In this document: positions 11,170 through 20,968 of the stretch, in pieces
How positions within the stretch are numbered: the stretch's first letter is position 1
How the letters are laid out: every line of letters starts with the position of its first letter
From: Woeseiaceae bacterium
Lineage (GTDB): Bacteria > Pseudomonadota > Gammaproteobacteria > Steroidobacterales > Woeseiaceae
Direction of reading: 5' to 3'
NCBI GenBank assembly: GCA_041574455.1
Contig: JBFFOM010000006.1
Coordinates: forward strand, 1,037-65,036
Length of the DNA stretch: 64,000 bases
The notes under the pieces: generated by a model
Seen by the model: the letters and a program-made list of their open reading frames with translations, nothing else
The model's database searches: none
Told to the model about the DNA's origin: nothing
Program-made: the position numbers and the translations under genes

Positions 11170-11790
11170 ATGGCAAGATATTTAGGACCAAAGTGCAAAC
11201 TGTCCCGCCGCGAAGGCACGGATCTGTTTCTCAAGAGCGGCGTTCGTCCGCTCGAGTCGAAGTGCAAGCTCGACGTACCGCCGGGCGGACCTTCACAGCG
11301 CCGTCCGCGTATGTCGGACTATGGCTTGCAGCTCAGGGAGAAGCAGAAGCTCCGCCGTATGTACGGAGTGCTCGAGCGCCAGTTCCGTAACTACTATAAA
11401 CGCGCCGCTCAGCTGAAGGGCTCGACGGGTGAGAACCTGCTGCGTCTGCTTGAAGGTCGCCTCGACAACACCGTGTACCGCATGGGGTTTGCGTCAACGC
11501 GTGCCGAAGCGCGCCAGCTGGTGAGCCACAAGAGCATCGAGGTTAACGGCAAGGTCGTTAACATCCCGTCGGCCCAACTCAAGGCCGGCGACTCGATCAG
11601 CATTCACGAAAAAGCGAAAAAGCAGCTGCGCATTCAGAATGCGATGGAAATTGCGAGCCAGGTTGGCCTGCCCGAGTGGGTCGACGTGGATGCTAAGAAA
11701 ATGGCGGGCGTATTGAAGGCGTTGCCTGACCGCGAAGAAATTCTTCCGGACATCAACGAAAACCTCGTCGTCGAGCTGTACTCGAAGTAA
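11170..11790 (+). CDS. rpsD: 30S ribosomal protein S4 (uS4)
   Basis: 206 aa [24 protein letters not shown]..., canonical uS4. Confidence 0.97.
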   Translation: MARYLGPKCKLSRREGTDLFLKSGVRPLESKCKLDVPPGGPSQRRPRMSDYGLQLREKQKLRRMYGVLERQFRNYYKRAAQLKGSTGENLLRLLEGRLDNTVYRMGFASTRAEARQLVSHKSIEVNGKVVNIPSAQLKAGDSISIHEKAKKQLRIQNAMEIASQVGLPEWVDVDAKKMAGVLKALPDREEILPDINENLVVELYSK

Positions 11791-11807
11791 TCGGAGGGTA
11801 TCTACCC

Positions 11808-12809
11808 ATGCAGGAATCAGCACACGAATTTCTGAAACCGCGCGTTGTCAAGGTAACGCCGGTCAACGATCTGCAGGCAAAAGTCGTCATCGAACCGTTC
11901 GAGCGCGGCTTCGGCCACACCCTCGGCAATGCGCTGCGACGCATCCTGCTGTCGTCCATGCCGGGCGCAGCGATCACGGAAGCCGAGATCGAAGGCGTAT
12001 TGCACGAGTACACGAGCATCGAAGGTGTACAGGAGGATGTCGTCGACATTCTGCTGAACCTGAAGCAAGTTGCTGTTGCCATGAATGCGCGCGAATCCGC
12101 CGAGCTGCGCGTGTCGAAGAAAGGCCCGGGCCCGGTTACGGCCGGCGACATCCAGCTCGATCATGACGTCGAGATCATGAATCCTGACCTTCTCATCGCC
12201 AACCTCACGAAGGCCGGTGAGCTGAACATGATCCTGCGGGTCGAGCGCGGCCGTGGCTACCGCCCGGCAACGCAGCGCCCGACATTCGAAGAGCAGGCCG
12301 GACCGATCGGTCGCCTGCAGCTCGATGCCTCGTTCAGCCCGGTCGTTCGCGTGACGTACAACGTCGAAGCGGCCCGTGTAGAACAGCGGACGGACCTCGA
12401 CAAGCTGTTGATCGACATCGAGACGAACGGCACGATCGATCCGGAGGAGGCTATTCGCCGTGCCGGCAGCATCCTCAAGGATCAGCTGTCTGTCTTCGTT
12501 GACCTGCAGGGTCAGGAAGAAGGCGTTGGCGCACAGGCCGAGAACCAGGTGGATCCGATCCTCCTGAGGCCGGTCGACGAGCTCGAGCTCACGGTACGCT
12601 CCGCGAACTGCCTCAAGGCAGAGAACATCATGTACATCGGTGACCTGGTACAGCGCACCGAAGTGGAACTTCTGCGTACGCCGAACCTCGGCAAGAAGTC
12701 TCTTACGGAGATCAAGGAAGTTCTGGAAGGTCATGGACTCGGACTTGGAATGCATCTCGATAACTGGCCACCGGCCAGCCTGCGTCCCGAGCACGAGCTC
12801 ATGATGTAA
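11808..12809 (+). CDS. rpoA: DNA-directed RNA polymerase alpha subunit
   Basis: 333 aa. [11 protein letters not shown]...[19 protein letters not shown]-terminal domain and [23 protein letters not shown]-terminal domain motifs. Confidence 0.98.
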   Translation: MQESAHEFLKPRVVKVTPVNDLQAKVVIEPFERGFGHTLGNALRRILLSSMPGAAITEAEIEGVLHEYTSIEGVQEDVVDILLNLKQVAVAMNARESAELRVSKKGPGPVTAGDIQLDHDVEIMNPDLLIANLTKAGELNMILRVERGRGYRPATQRPTFEEQAGPIGRLQLDASFSPVVRVTYNVEAARVEQRTDLDKLLIDIETNGTIDPEEAIRRAGSILKDQLSVFVDLQGQEEGVGAQAENQVDPILLRPVDELELTVRSANCLKAENIMYIGDLVQRTEVELLRTPNLGKKSLTEIKEVLEGHGLGLGMHLDNWPPASLRPEHELMM

Positions 12810-12824
12810 GGAAGGAATACCACC

Positions 12825-13208
12825 ATGCGTCATAGAAAATCCGGGCGTCGACTGGGTCGCAACAGCTCACATCGCAAAGCCATGTTTCGCAACATGGCGA
12901 CATCGATGCTGAAGCACGAGACGATCCGCACGACGCTTCCCAAGGCCAAGGAATTGCGCCGCGTCGTAGAGCCGCTCATCACGCTCGCGAAGGAAGACAG
13001 CGTGGCGAATCGTCGCCTTGCTTTCGATCGCCTGCGCGACAAGGAAGTGGTGGGCAAGCTGTTTGCGGACATCGGCCCGCGCTTCAAGGAGCGCCCGGGG
13101 GGTTACCTGCGCATCCTCAAGACGGGGTCGCGTCCGGGTGACGCTGCGCCGATGGCCATCGTCATGTTGACGGAGCAGGCAGCCGAAGAGGTCGCAACCG
13201 AAGAATGA
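12825..13208 (+). CDS. rplQ: 50S ribosomal protein L17 (bL17)
   Basis: 127 aa [24 protein letters not shown]..., canonical bL17; last gene of the alpha operon. Confidence 0.97.
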   Translation: MRHRKSGRRLGRNSSHRKAMFRNMATSMLKHETIRTTLPKAKELRRVVEPLITLAKEDSVANRRLAFDRLRDKEVVGKLFADIGPRFKERPGGYLRILKTGSRPGDAAPMAIVMLTEQAAEEVATEE

Positions 13209-13212
13209 TGTT

Positions 13213-13230
13213 GTAGGAGCCCGCCTGCTG
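13213..13230. repeat. REP-like half element
   Basis: GTAGGAGCCCGCCTG matches the reverse unit at 48445-48465 (GTAGGAGCCCGCCTC) over 14 nt. No obvious partner stem follows, and it sits directly before the rplQ terminator. Confidence 0.55.
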
Positions 13231-13239
13231 GATACGTAG

Positions 13240-13268
13240 AAGCCGGGCTCAGCCCGGCTTTTCTTTTG
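13240..13268 (+). terminator. Rho-independent terminator of the alpha operon
   Basis: AAGCCGGGC-TCA-GCCCGGCTT, a perfect 9-bp stem followed by TTCTTTTG, about 30 nt after the rplQ stop. Confidence 0.85.
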
Positions 13269-13283
13269 CCCTACAATCGCCGT

Positions 13284-14063
13284 ATGACTGAACGAAAGAC
13301 GACTGTTTCACTGGTGCTCGGCAGCGGTGGTGCCAGGGGCCTTGCCCATATCGGCGTTATCCACGTGCTCGAGGAAAAAGGCTACGAGATCCACTCGATT
13401 GCCGGCTGCTCGGCCGGTGCGCTCGTCGGCGGCATCTACGCAGCCGGGAAGCTGGATGAGTACGAGGATTGGGTGCGGAACCTCAAGAAGCTCGACATGG
13501 TCAATCTGCTCGACATCGCGTGGGTTGGCGGCGGCCTCGTGAAAGGCGACAAGATCATCAAGCGCATGCGTGAGCTGGTCGGGGAACGTCTGATCGAGGA
13601 CCTGCCGATTCCTTTCACTGCGGTCGCGACGGAGTTACAGAGCGGCCGCGAGGTGTGGCTGAGCGAGGGACCGTTGTTCGATGCAATCAGGTCATCCTGT
13701 TCACTGCCGATATTCTTCACGCCGACAAAGTATCGGGAGAAGATGCTGGTTGACGGTGGTGTCGTCAACCCGGTGCCGATCGCCCCTGTCTTCGACGACC
13801 ATACCGACCTCACGCTAGCCGTGAACCTGGGCGGCAAACCGAAGAGAACAGACGCTCCCGAGCGAAAGAAGGGCATCGGCGCAGCCGACGTTGCGTACCT
13901 CGTGTTTGATGCCATGCAGAGCACGATCGCGCGGCAAAAACTGGCTGCTTACCCGCCCGATCTCACGATCGAAATCCCGAGGGATGCCGCGAGAACATTC
14001 GACATCGATCGCGCTGCCGAGATGATCGACCTGGGGAGAAAGGCCGCCGAAGCAGTAATCTGA
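13284..14063 (+). CDS. Patatin-like phospholipase (RssA-like)
   Basis: GSGGARG oxyanion motif, GCSAG nucleophile elbow and a DGG catalytic Asp motif. The ATG at 13284 is preferred over the track TTG at 13266, which abuts the terminator. Confidence 0.85.
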   Translation: MTERKTTVSLVLGSGGARGLAHIGVIHVLEEKGYEIHSIAGCSAGALVGGIYAAGKLDEYEDWVRNLKKLDMVNLLDIAWVGGGLVKGDKIIKRMRELVGERLIEDLPIPFTAVATELQSGREVWLSEGPLFDAIRSSCSLPIFFTPTKYREKMLVDGGVVNPVPIAPVFDDHTDLTLAVNLGGKPKRTDAPERKKGIGAADVAYLVFDAMQSTIARQKLAAYPPDLTIEIPRDAARTFDIDRAAEMIDLGRKAAEAVI

Positions 14064-14313
14064 ACTCCCGAAAGCAGCCATTCTGATGAGCGGTTCTGGC
14101 CGGATCGGAAAGAAAAAACCTTTTTTTATCAGTAGCTTGCGTATGTCGTGTTGTATCTCGAGAGTTGCAGCCGTGAACATAACGGCAGTTAACATATCGT
14201 TATGACAACTAATTTGTGAGACGGCTCACGGCAGTCCCGCGCCTGCGAACATAAGCTACTGGCAATGGGAGGGCAGGACCATCAGTAAAGACAATAAAGC
14301 ATTCGATGATTGC

Positions 14314-14595
14314 GTGATCCTCTCGCGCGAGGCCTTCGATCCGGACGCAGTATTTCTCGACGATATTGTCGACGACAATGTGTTGCCGTACCTGAGCCTC
14401 GAGGTCGACGGACTCACATCCTCGGTGGACGGGCGCAAGGGCAAACTCGAGTTGCGTCCCGACGACGTCGCCGCAAATGAACCGGTACGGCCCGATACGA
14501 CCATCCCGGTCGTGGCCTTCGACCCCGAGGGTCTCGAGGTCTACGGGTGGGAATCATCGCTCTGGAAGAAGATCAGGGGCTATCTCGGGTTCTGA
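14314..14595 (+). CDS. Hypothetical small acidic protein (start uncertain)
   Basis: 93-codon ORF with GC-rich third positions typical of local coding sequence. It has only a GTG start and no convincing SD. The frame is open back to 14206 with no ATG. Confidence 0.4.
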   Translation: MILSREAFDPDAVFLDDIVDDNVLPYLSLEVDGLTSSVDGRKGKLELRPDDVAANEPVRPDTTIPVVAFDPEGLEVYGWESSLWKKIRGYLGF

Positions 14596-14607
14596 TACTA
14601 TCGCCCG

Positions 14608-15456
14608 ATGATTTTCCAAGACAAGACCGTGATTATCACGGGCGGGTCCGAAGGAGTGGGCGCAGCGACCGCGCGCCTGTTCGCTGCGGCGGGTGCAAAC
14701 CTGGTTCTGGTTGCGCGCAACAAGAGAAACCTCGAAGCCATCGCCGAGGAGTTGCGCGATCAAACGCGTGTCGTGATCTTTCCGATGGATGTCACCGACG
14801 CCGATGCGTGCGTCGACGTTTTCAAGAAGGCCGCCTTCGAATTCGGGCATGTCGACATTCTCGTCAATAATGTGGGTTGCCACGCCCGTGGCCTCGTTAA
14901 AGACGTCGCCGCAGCCGACCTCGCGCGCATCATCGACGTCAACCTGAAAGCGCCCATCATGCTGACGCGATTGGCATTGCCGTACCTCGAGGAAGCAGGT
15001 GGTGGCGCGATCATCAACGTGGCATCACTGCATGGCCGGCTGCCGAGCGCCGGATCGACGACCTACTCGGCGAGCAAGTTTGGTTTGCGCATCTTCTCTT
15101 TGGCACTGCACGAAGAGCTCCGGGATACCAACACCAAAGTGGCCGTCATTTCGCCAGGCGCCATCGATACGGGTTTCATCATGGAAAATCTCGACGCCGT
15201 CGATGACATCGTGTTTTCACAACCGATGAGCACAGCGGAAGACGTGGCCCAGGGGATCCTCGATCTGTGTGGCAACAGCGTGCGTGAACAAGCGATGCCG
15301 GTATCGAGCGGGATTCTCGCGACTTTCGCCTACGTGTTCCCGTGGTTCAGCCGCGCGATCAAGCCCATGCTCGAGAGAAAAGGCGCGCGCATCAAGGCCC
15401 GTATCAAAGCCCGGCGAAAGCGTTCCGGGTCAGGTTCTCCCGACCGCCAGCCATAA
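14608..15456 (+). CDS. Short-chain dehydrogenase/reductase (SDR) family oxidoreductase
   Basis: TGGSEGVG Rossmann motif, NNVG, and a YSASK catalytic Tyr-x3-Lys. The basic RIKARIKARRKR tail overlaps the pepQ 3-prime end. Confidence 0.9.
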   Translation: MIFQDKTVIITGGSEGVGAATARLFAAAGANLVLVARNKRNLEAIAEELRDQTRVVIFPMDVTDADACVDVFKKAAFEFGHVDILVNNVGCHARGLVKDVAAADLARIIDVNLKAPIMLTRLALPYLEEAGGGAIINVASLHGRLPSAGSTTYSASKFGLRIFSLALHEELRDTNTKVAVISPGAIDTGFIMENLDAVDDIVFSQPMSTAEDVAQGILDLCGNSVREQAMPVSSGILATFAYVFPWFSRAIKPMLERKGARIKARIKARRKRSGSGSPDRQP

Positions 15457-16750
15457 CCCGTACGTTGTCCTCGATGCGGATGCCGCCGAACGGGCGCAGC
15501 CAGTCGACGGTGTCCCAGTTCACGTGTTGCTCGGCCGCACTGCCGCGCAAGTCCTCGAGCAGCATGTCGATGACGTACAGCCCGGGCTCGATCGTCAGGA
15601 CCATGTCTTCCTCGAGTACCCGGGTGAGGCGCAGGAACGGGTGCCCGCTCGGTGGGTCGATGATCGTGCCCGACTCGTTTTCCTGGTGCCCGCCGACGTC
15701 ATGCACCTGGATGCCGAGCAGATGGCCGAGACCATGTGGGAAAAACGCCGAGGTCACGCCTGTCGACAGCAGCGTATCCGGATCGCCGGTCGCGAGTTCC
15801 GCATCGACAAGGAGCTCAGCGAGCATCGTGTGCGTTCCGACGTGCAGGTCGCGGAAGTCGACGCCGGCCTGCACCTTGTCAACGATCGCGAGCTCCATCG
15901 CTTCCATGCGGTCGATCAGCGCCTGGAAGCGCTCGTCGCTCTGTGCGTAGGTCCGGGTGATATCCGACGCGTAGCCGTGCACCTGTGCGCCGGCGTCGAT
16001 CAGGAAAGAACGAACACCGTCCGGCGCCTCACGGTCGAGGTTGGTGTAGTGCAGCACCGCGCCGTGCTCGTTTAGCGCAATGATGTTGCCGTAGGGCAAT
16101 TCGGCGTCGACATGGCTGACCGCCGCGCAATATGCGCGGTGAATCTCGAACTCGGAATGCCCCTCACGGAACGCCGCTTCCGCGGCGACGTGGCCGGCAG
16201 CGCCACGTTCCGCGGCGAGTCGCATTACCGCGAGCTCGTACTCCGTCTTCGCGCCGCGCGCGTAATGCAGAATGTTGACGGCGGTGGACGGATTGACGCG
16301 CTCGATGCCAAAGGCGAGATTGTCGCTGTCGAACTCGCCGATCGCTATGCACTTCTCGAGGTATTCCGGAAGATGCGCCGCGACTTCGTTAATCGTGTTC
16401 ACGATGCGCACGTCGAAGTGCCGGGTCCAGTACCCATCGGGCGCGCCGGGCACCACGTGCCAGTAGTCGCGCGGCTGGTAATACACGAGTACCGGCGTCT
16501 CCCCTGGCGTGTACACGATGTACGAGTAGGGAACCTGGGTCAGCGGCACCCACGAGACGAAATGTGGGTTGGCTTTGAACGGATGGTGGTAATCGTCGAG
16601 GAATGCCGCCTTCGGGTTGCCGGAATAGATGATTGCGTGACTCGCGCCGGCCTGTTCCAGGGCCCGGTCGTGACGCGCCGTGACGATTTCGAGATGCGCT
16701 CCATACAACGAGCCAAGCGCCATGTTCTTGTCGGAATAATCTGCGTTCAT
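15404..16750 (-). CDS. pepQ: Xaa-Pro dipeptidase (prolidase)
   Basis: 448 aa, collinear with enterobacterial PepQ as I recall it. Shared motifs: NPHFVSWVPLTQVP, ALNEHGAVLHYT, FPHGLGHLLGIQVHDVGG, LTIEPGLY, FGGIRIEDNV. Confidence 0.92.
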   Translation of the reverse strand: MNADYSDKNMALGSLYGAHLEIVTARHDRALEQAGASHAIIYSGNPKAAFLDDYHHPFKANPHFVSWVPLTQVPYSYIVYTPGETPVLVYYQPRDYWHVVPGAPDGYWTRHFDVRIVNTINEVAAHLPEYLEKCIAIGEFDSDNLAFGIERVNPSTAVNILHYARGAKTEYELAVMRLAAERGAAGHVAAEAAFREGHSEFEIHRAYCAAVSHVDAELPYGNIIALNEHGAVLHYTNLDREAPDGVRSFLIDAGAQVHGYASDITRTYAQSDERFQALIDRMEAMELAIVDKVQAGVDFRDLHVGTHTMLAELLVDAELATGDPDTLLSTGVTSAFFPHGLGHLLGIQVHDVGGHQENESGTIIDPPSGHPFLRLTRVLEEDMVLTIEPGLYVIDMLLEDLRGSAAEQHVNWDTVDWLRPFGGIRIEDNVRVMAGGRENLTRNAFAGL

Positions 16751-16826
16751 GACGCGATCATACCCTGTTGCCCGGCGTGTCGGCGAGTGCCATCATGGGC
16801 GCCCCGCAGGTGCGGCGGAGAACGGG

Positions 16827-18539
16827 ATGAATGGACATAAATGCCTGATTTCAATTGCAATTCTTGTTCTGATGAGTTCGGCAATGGCTGCTGATCCCGG
16901 ATACGACCGGCCGGCCGGACGCCCACACGCGTCGCGCTCGGAGGTCATTGCGCCGCATGGCATGGCGGCGACCAGCCAGCCGCTGGCGACCCAGGTTGCG
17001 CTCGACATCCTGAAGGCAGGTGGCAGCGCCGTCGATGCGGCAATCGCGGCGAACGCGATGCTTGGGCTCGTGGAGCCGACCGGGGGTGGCATCGGTGGCG
17101 ACCTGTTCGCGATTGTCTGGGACGCCAAAGAGAAACAGCTTGCGGGGCTTAACGCCTCGGGCCGTTCGCCGCAGGCGATGACGCTCGAGTACTTCAGGGA
17201 TCATGGCCACGACACGATCCCGCGGTTTGGTGCGTTGCCGGTCAGTGTGCCGGGCGCGGTGGATGGCTGGTTCGAATTGCATGGCCGGTACGGCCGCCTG
17301 CCGATGGAAGAGTTGCTCGCACCGGCAATTCGCTATGCGCGTAATGGCTTCCCCGTCACGGAGATCATTGCCGACCTGTTCATCCTCAATAAAGGTCGGA
17401 TCGGCAAGTACCCCAATTTCGCCGAGACCTACATGCCGGGTGGAGACGTCCCGGTCAAAGGCGACGTGTTTCGCAATCCGCGGCTCGCCGACACGTACGA
17501 GGCTATCGCCGCGAAGGGCCGCGATGAGTTCTACACAGGGGACATTGCCAGGCAGATTGATGAACACATGACCGCGATGGGTGGCCTCCTGCGTTACGAA
17601 GACCTGGCCGCACACAAGTCGGAGTGGGTGACGCCCGTGTCGACGAACTATCGTGGCTGGGACGTCTACGAGCTGCCGCCGAACGGCCAGGGGATTGCGG
17701 CGCTGCAGATCCTGAACATACTCGAAGGATTCGATATCGCTGCGATGGGATTCGCCAGCGCGGACCACATACACACACTCGTCGAGGCAAAGAAGCTCGC
17801 ATTTGCGGATCGCGCGAAGTTCTATGTCGACATGGATTTCGCGGATGTGCCGGTCGACTGGCTGATCTCGAAAGAGTATGCCGACGAGCGACGCAAACAG
17901 ATTTCACCCGATCGCGCTGCCCGTTCAGTCGATGCCGGCGTGGAGAAACTGGAGAAGGGCGACACGCTGTACCTGACCGTTGCGGATGCAGACGGCAACA
18001 TGGTTTCCCTGATCCAGAGCAATTATGTCGGCATGGGCTCCGGCATGATTCCACCCGACCTCGGCTTCGTGCTGCAGAATCGGGCCAACCTGTTTGCCCT
18101 CGATGAAGATCACGCGAATGTTGTTGCGGGTGGCAAGCGGCCGTTCCATACGATTATTCCAGCGTTTGTCATGAAGGATGGCGAACCGCTGATCAGCTTC
18201 GGGTTGATGGGAGGCGCCATGCAGCCACAGGGCCACGCCCAGGTAATCGTCAACATGGTCGACTTCGGCATGAACCTGCAGGAGGCAGGGGATGCCGCGC
18301 GCGTCAACCACACGGGTTCGTCGCAGCCGACCGGAACCACGATGACCGATGGCGGTGTCGTGCATCTCGAGAGCGGTTTCAGCGAGGCAACGAGGGCGGA
18401 ACTCGAGCAGCGTGGCCACGTACTCGGACCGTCGGACGGCAACTTCGGTGGCTACCAGGCCATCATGTTCGACAGCGGACAGGGCGTGTATTATGGCGCG
18501 TCGGAAGTCAGAAAGGACGGCCAGGCCGCAGGCTACTAG
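16827..18539 (+). CDS. ggt: Gamma-glutamyltransferase family protein
   Basis: Start moved to the ATG giving MNGHKCLISIAILVLMSSAMA, a signal peptide. GGT-like motifs are GDTLYLTVADADGNMVSLIQSN (Thr nucleophile region) and GKRPFHTIIP. Confidence 0.88.
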   Translation: MNGHKCLISIAILVLMSSAMAADPGYDRPAGRPHASRSEVIAPHGMAATSQPLATQVALDILKAGGSAVDAAIAANAMLGLVEPTGGGIGGDLFAIVWDAKEKQLAGLNASGRSPQAMTLEYFRDHGHDTIPRFGALPVSVPGAVDGWFELHGRYGRLPMEELLAPAIRYARNGFPVTEIIADLFILNKGRIGKYPNFAETYMPGGDVPVKGDVFRNPRLADTYEAIAAKGRDEFYTGDIARQIDEHMTAMGGLLRYEDLAAHKSEWVTPVSTNYRGWDVYELPPNGQGIAALQILNILEGFDIAAMGFASADHIHTLVEAKKLAFADRAKFYVDMDFADVPVDWLISKEYADERRKQISPDRAARSVDAGVEKLEKGDTLYLTVADADGNMVSLIQSNYVGMGSGMIPPDLGFVLQNRANLFALDEDHANVVAGGKRPFHTIIPAFVMKDGEPLISFGLMGGAMQPQGHAQVIVNMVDFGMNLQEAGDAARVNHTGSSQPTGTTMTDGGVVHLESGFSEATRAELEQRGHVLGPSDGNFGGYQAIMFDSGQGVYYGASEVRKDGQAAGY

Positions 18540-18541
18540 GA

Positions 18542-19552
18542 ATGGCGCAAGAGGTTTACCTGACGGGGATCACGACCACCGGGACCCCGCACATTGGCAA
18601 CTACGTGGGGGCGATTCGCCCGGGTATCGAGGCAAGCAGGGACGTCGATACCAGGCACTTCTATTTTCTTGCCGACTATCACTCGCTGGCGAAAAGTGAA
18701 GATCCGGACAGGATCGTCCAGTCGACGCTCGAGATTGCGGCTGCGTGGATGGCGCTCGGCCTCGATACCGAGCATGCCTATTTCTACCGGCAGTCGGATA
18801 TACCGGAGATTCCGGAACTCACGTGGATATTGCACGGCATGACGGCCAAGGGCCTGATGAACCGGGCACACTCGTACAAGGCGTCCGTGCAGGCTAATAC
18901 CGAGGGCGGTGACAAGGACCCGGACAAGGGCATCATGATGGCCCTTTACAGCTACCCGATCCTGATGGCCGCCGACATCCTGATGTTCAAATCGACGAAG
19001 GTGCCGGTCGGCCAGGACCAGAAGCAGCATGTAGAGATGGCGCGCGACATCGCACAGCGCTTCAACCACAACTACGGCGAGACGTTCGTCCTGCCCGAAG
19101 CGGTGATCGGTGAAAACACGGCGGTGCTCAAAGGCCTCGACGGGCGCAAGATGTCGAAAAGCTATAACAATACGATCCCGCTATTCGCGCCCGAGAAGCG
19201 GCTGCGCAAGCTGATCATGAAGATCAAGACCAACAGCCTCGAGCCCGGCGAACCAAAGGACCCGTCCGACAGCACGCTGTTCGATATCTACAAGGCGTTC
19301 GCGACGCCCGAGGAAACCGCGGAAATCGAGAAAGCCTATGCGGAAGGTATCGCCTGGGGCGAAATGAAGCAGCGACTGTTCGAGTACATCAATGAGCAGT
19401 TGCAGCCTGCGCGAGAAGAGTATGATCGACTGATGGCCAATCCGGCCGAGGTTGAGGCGGAATTGCAGCGCGGTGCCCAGCGGGCACGCGAGTTATCGGC
19501 GCCGTACCTCGCGAAGATTCGCGATGCTATTGGCATTCGCCGGCTGGGATAG
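18542..19552 (+). CDS. trpS: Tryptophan--tRNA ligase
   Basis: 336 aa class I aaRS. TGTPHIGNY (HIGH-type), KMSKS present, VPVGQDQKQHVEMARDIAQRFN motif typical of TrpRS. Confidence 0.9.
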   Translation: MAQEVYLTGITTTGTPHIGNYVGAIRPGIEASRDVDTRHFYFLADYHSLAKSEDPDRIVQSTLEIAAAWMALGLDTEHAYFYRQSDIPEIPELTWILHGMTAKGLMNRAHSYKASVQANTEGGDKDPDKGIMMALYSYPILMAADILMFKSTKVPVGQDQKQHVEMARDIAQRFNHNYGETFVLPEAVIGENTAVLKGLDGRKMSKSYNNTIPLFAPEKRLRKLIMKIKTNSLEPGEPKDPSDSTLFDIYKAFATPEETAEIEKAYAEGIAWGEMKQRLFEYINEQLQPAREEYDRLMANPAEVEAELQRGAQRARELSAPYLAKIRDAIGIRRLG

Positions 19553-19557
19553 ACAGG

Positions 19558-19833
19558 ATGAGCAAAGAAAGAGTCAAGAATCTGCTCGCGCAGCTGCGCC
19601 GGGAACTTCGCGACACCGATATTGACGATGAGCTCGAGAAGCTCATTGGCGACCTCGATGACGACATCCAGAATGTCATCGATGAGACCGACGTGACTAT
19701 TGGCGGGGCCGTCGATATGGATGACGTCGTTGAACGTGCCAAGGAGCTCGAGGCAAATTTTGCGACCAGTCACCCGACGGCCGAGCGCGTCGTTCGCGAA
19801 GTCATCGACCTGCTCGTCCGCATGGGAATCTGA
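19558..19833 (+). CDS. Small acidic helical protein (DUF4404-like)
   Basis: 91 aa, Asp/Glu-rich, ending LLVRMGI. This resembles my recollection of DUF4404 family termini. Only 5 nt after trpS. Confidence 0.6.
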   Translation: MSKERVKNLLAQLRRELRDTDIDDELEKLIGDLDDDIQNVIDETDVTIGGAVDMDDVVERAKELEANFATSHPTAERVVREVIDLLVRMGI

Positions 19834-19931
19834 TTCGGGCGGCGGCGGATGATTCTTTTTGTTGGTTCGAAGCCGGGTCGGCGCTCGATTCACGACGATA
19901 TGCCGCAGCGTGACGCGCAGCCGGGCTCCTG

Positions 19932-20339
19932 ATGCGCTTCCGATCCAAGATAGACGGCTGGTTCATCCCGATGATGGTCGTCACGTTCGCCGGGCTCATC
20001 GTTGGTCTTGGCGGGGTCATGCTGTCGCCGATGCCCTGGTTCCTGCGCGTCATCGTCAGCGTCATCATTGTGGCAGTCACCTACTTGCTCGTATCTGTGT
20101 TTCGCAGCACTTACTATGAAATCATCGATCGGAATCTGCTGGTCAGGTCGGGGCCATTCAAGTGGACGATACCGGTCGCGGATATCCGGGAAGTAACGCC
20201 ATCGCGCAATATTCTGTCCTCGCCTGCTTTGTCACTGGACCGACTCAAGATCCGGTACGGCAAGCGGGCATTCATCCTGGTGTCGCCGGAAGACAGGGAA
20301 GGATTCCTGCGGGCGATCAGGGAAGCTCAGGGCCGTTGA
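19932..20339 (+). CDS. Membrane protein with bacterial PH (bPH2/YdbS-like) domain
   Basis: 135 aa. Two N-terminal hydrophobic helices followed by YYEIIDRNLLVRSGPFKWTIPVADIREV, typical of bPH_2 domains. Confidence 0.7.
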   Translation: MRFRSKIDGWFIPMMVVTFAGLIVGLGGVMLSPMPWFLRVIVSVIIVAVTYLLVSVFRSTYYEIIDRNLLVRSGPFKWTIPVADIREVTPSRNILSSPALSLDRLKIRYGKRAFILVSPEDREGFLRAIREAQGR

Positions 20340-20968
20340 TCCGGGTTCGGGCAACCAGCGGGCATCGGGACCACTGGGACTCTGTCCACAGTGACAAGTT
20401 CTTTACCGACGTCTCCTGGTACCAGGAGACGCCGGACAAATCGCTCGAATTGATAGCTGCGACCGGCATTGGCTGCGGCGACGCGATCATTGACGCCGGT
20501 GGTGGCGCGTCGACGCTCGTCGATCACCTGCTTGAGCGGGGCTACAGTGATCTGACGGTACTCGATATCTCGGCCAATGCCCTGCAACAGGCGCGGGATC
20601 GCCTCGCGGCGCGTGCGTCCCGGGTCAACTGGCTGGTGGACGATGTGACGCGATTCTCGCCCGAACGTCGGTACGCCCTGTGGCACGACCGGGCGGTTTT
20701 GCACTTCCTGGTCGACGCAGAGGATCGCGAGCGTTACGCGTACATTGTTCACAATGCGATTCTCCCCGGCGGACACCTGGTCCTGGCCACTTTTGGCCCT
20801 GACGGGCCCGAGAAATGCAGCGGCCTGGCGACCAGGCGTTACACTGTCGAAATGACGGCGGAATTGCTCGGTCCCGAATTCGAGTTGCGTGGGTCCGACC
20901 TCGAGTACCACGAGACGCCAGGCGGGGTGAAGCAGCAGTTCCTCTACTCGTCCTGGAGGAAAGGCTAG
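20336..20968 (+). CDS. Class I SAM-dependent methyltransferase
   Basis: IIDAGGGASTL is a glycine-rich motif I, followed by VLDIS. The frame has no ATG. The proposed TTG at 20336 overlaps the upstream TGA as TTGA, and this start is uncertain. Confidence 0.75.
   Translation: MIRVRATSGHRDHWDSVHSDKFFTDVSWYQETPDKSLELIAATGIGCGDAIIDAGGGASTLVDHLLERGYSDLTVLDISANALQQARDRLAARASRVNWLVDDVTRFSPERRYALWHDRAVLHFLVDAEDRERYAYIVHNAILPGGHLVLATFGPDGPEKCSGLATRRYTVEMTAELLGPEFELRGSDLEYHETPGGVKQQFLYSSWRKG

Noticed and set aside
13284-14063. Patatin-like phospholipase considered as a phage-defence (CBASS-type) effector
   Set aside because: No cyclase, sensor or other defence-type gene is adjacent. It sits alone directly after the alpha operon terminator, and its short single-domain architecture matches housekeeping RssA-like patatins.
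14203-14229. In-frame TGA at 14203 followed 10 nt later by a small hairpin, considered as a possible selenocysteine recoding site joining ORFs 14086-14205 and 14206-14595
   Set aside because: The hairpin has only a 5-bp stem with a 4-nt loop, far smaller than bacterial SECIS elements. The upstream 39 codons have low third-position GC (about 47 percent by hand count) and implausible composition. No sel genes are in view.
15269-16840. Plus-strand ORFs 15269-16075 and 16112-16840, antisense to pepQ
   Set aside because: pepQ on the minus strand aligns motif-by-motif with known prolidase. The plus ORFs have no recognisable motifs and shadow-ORF composition.
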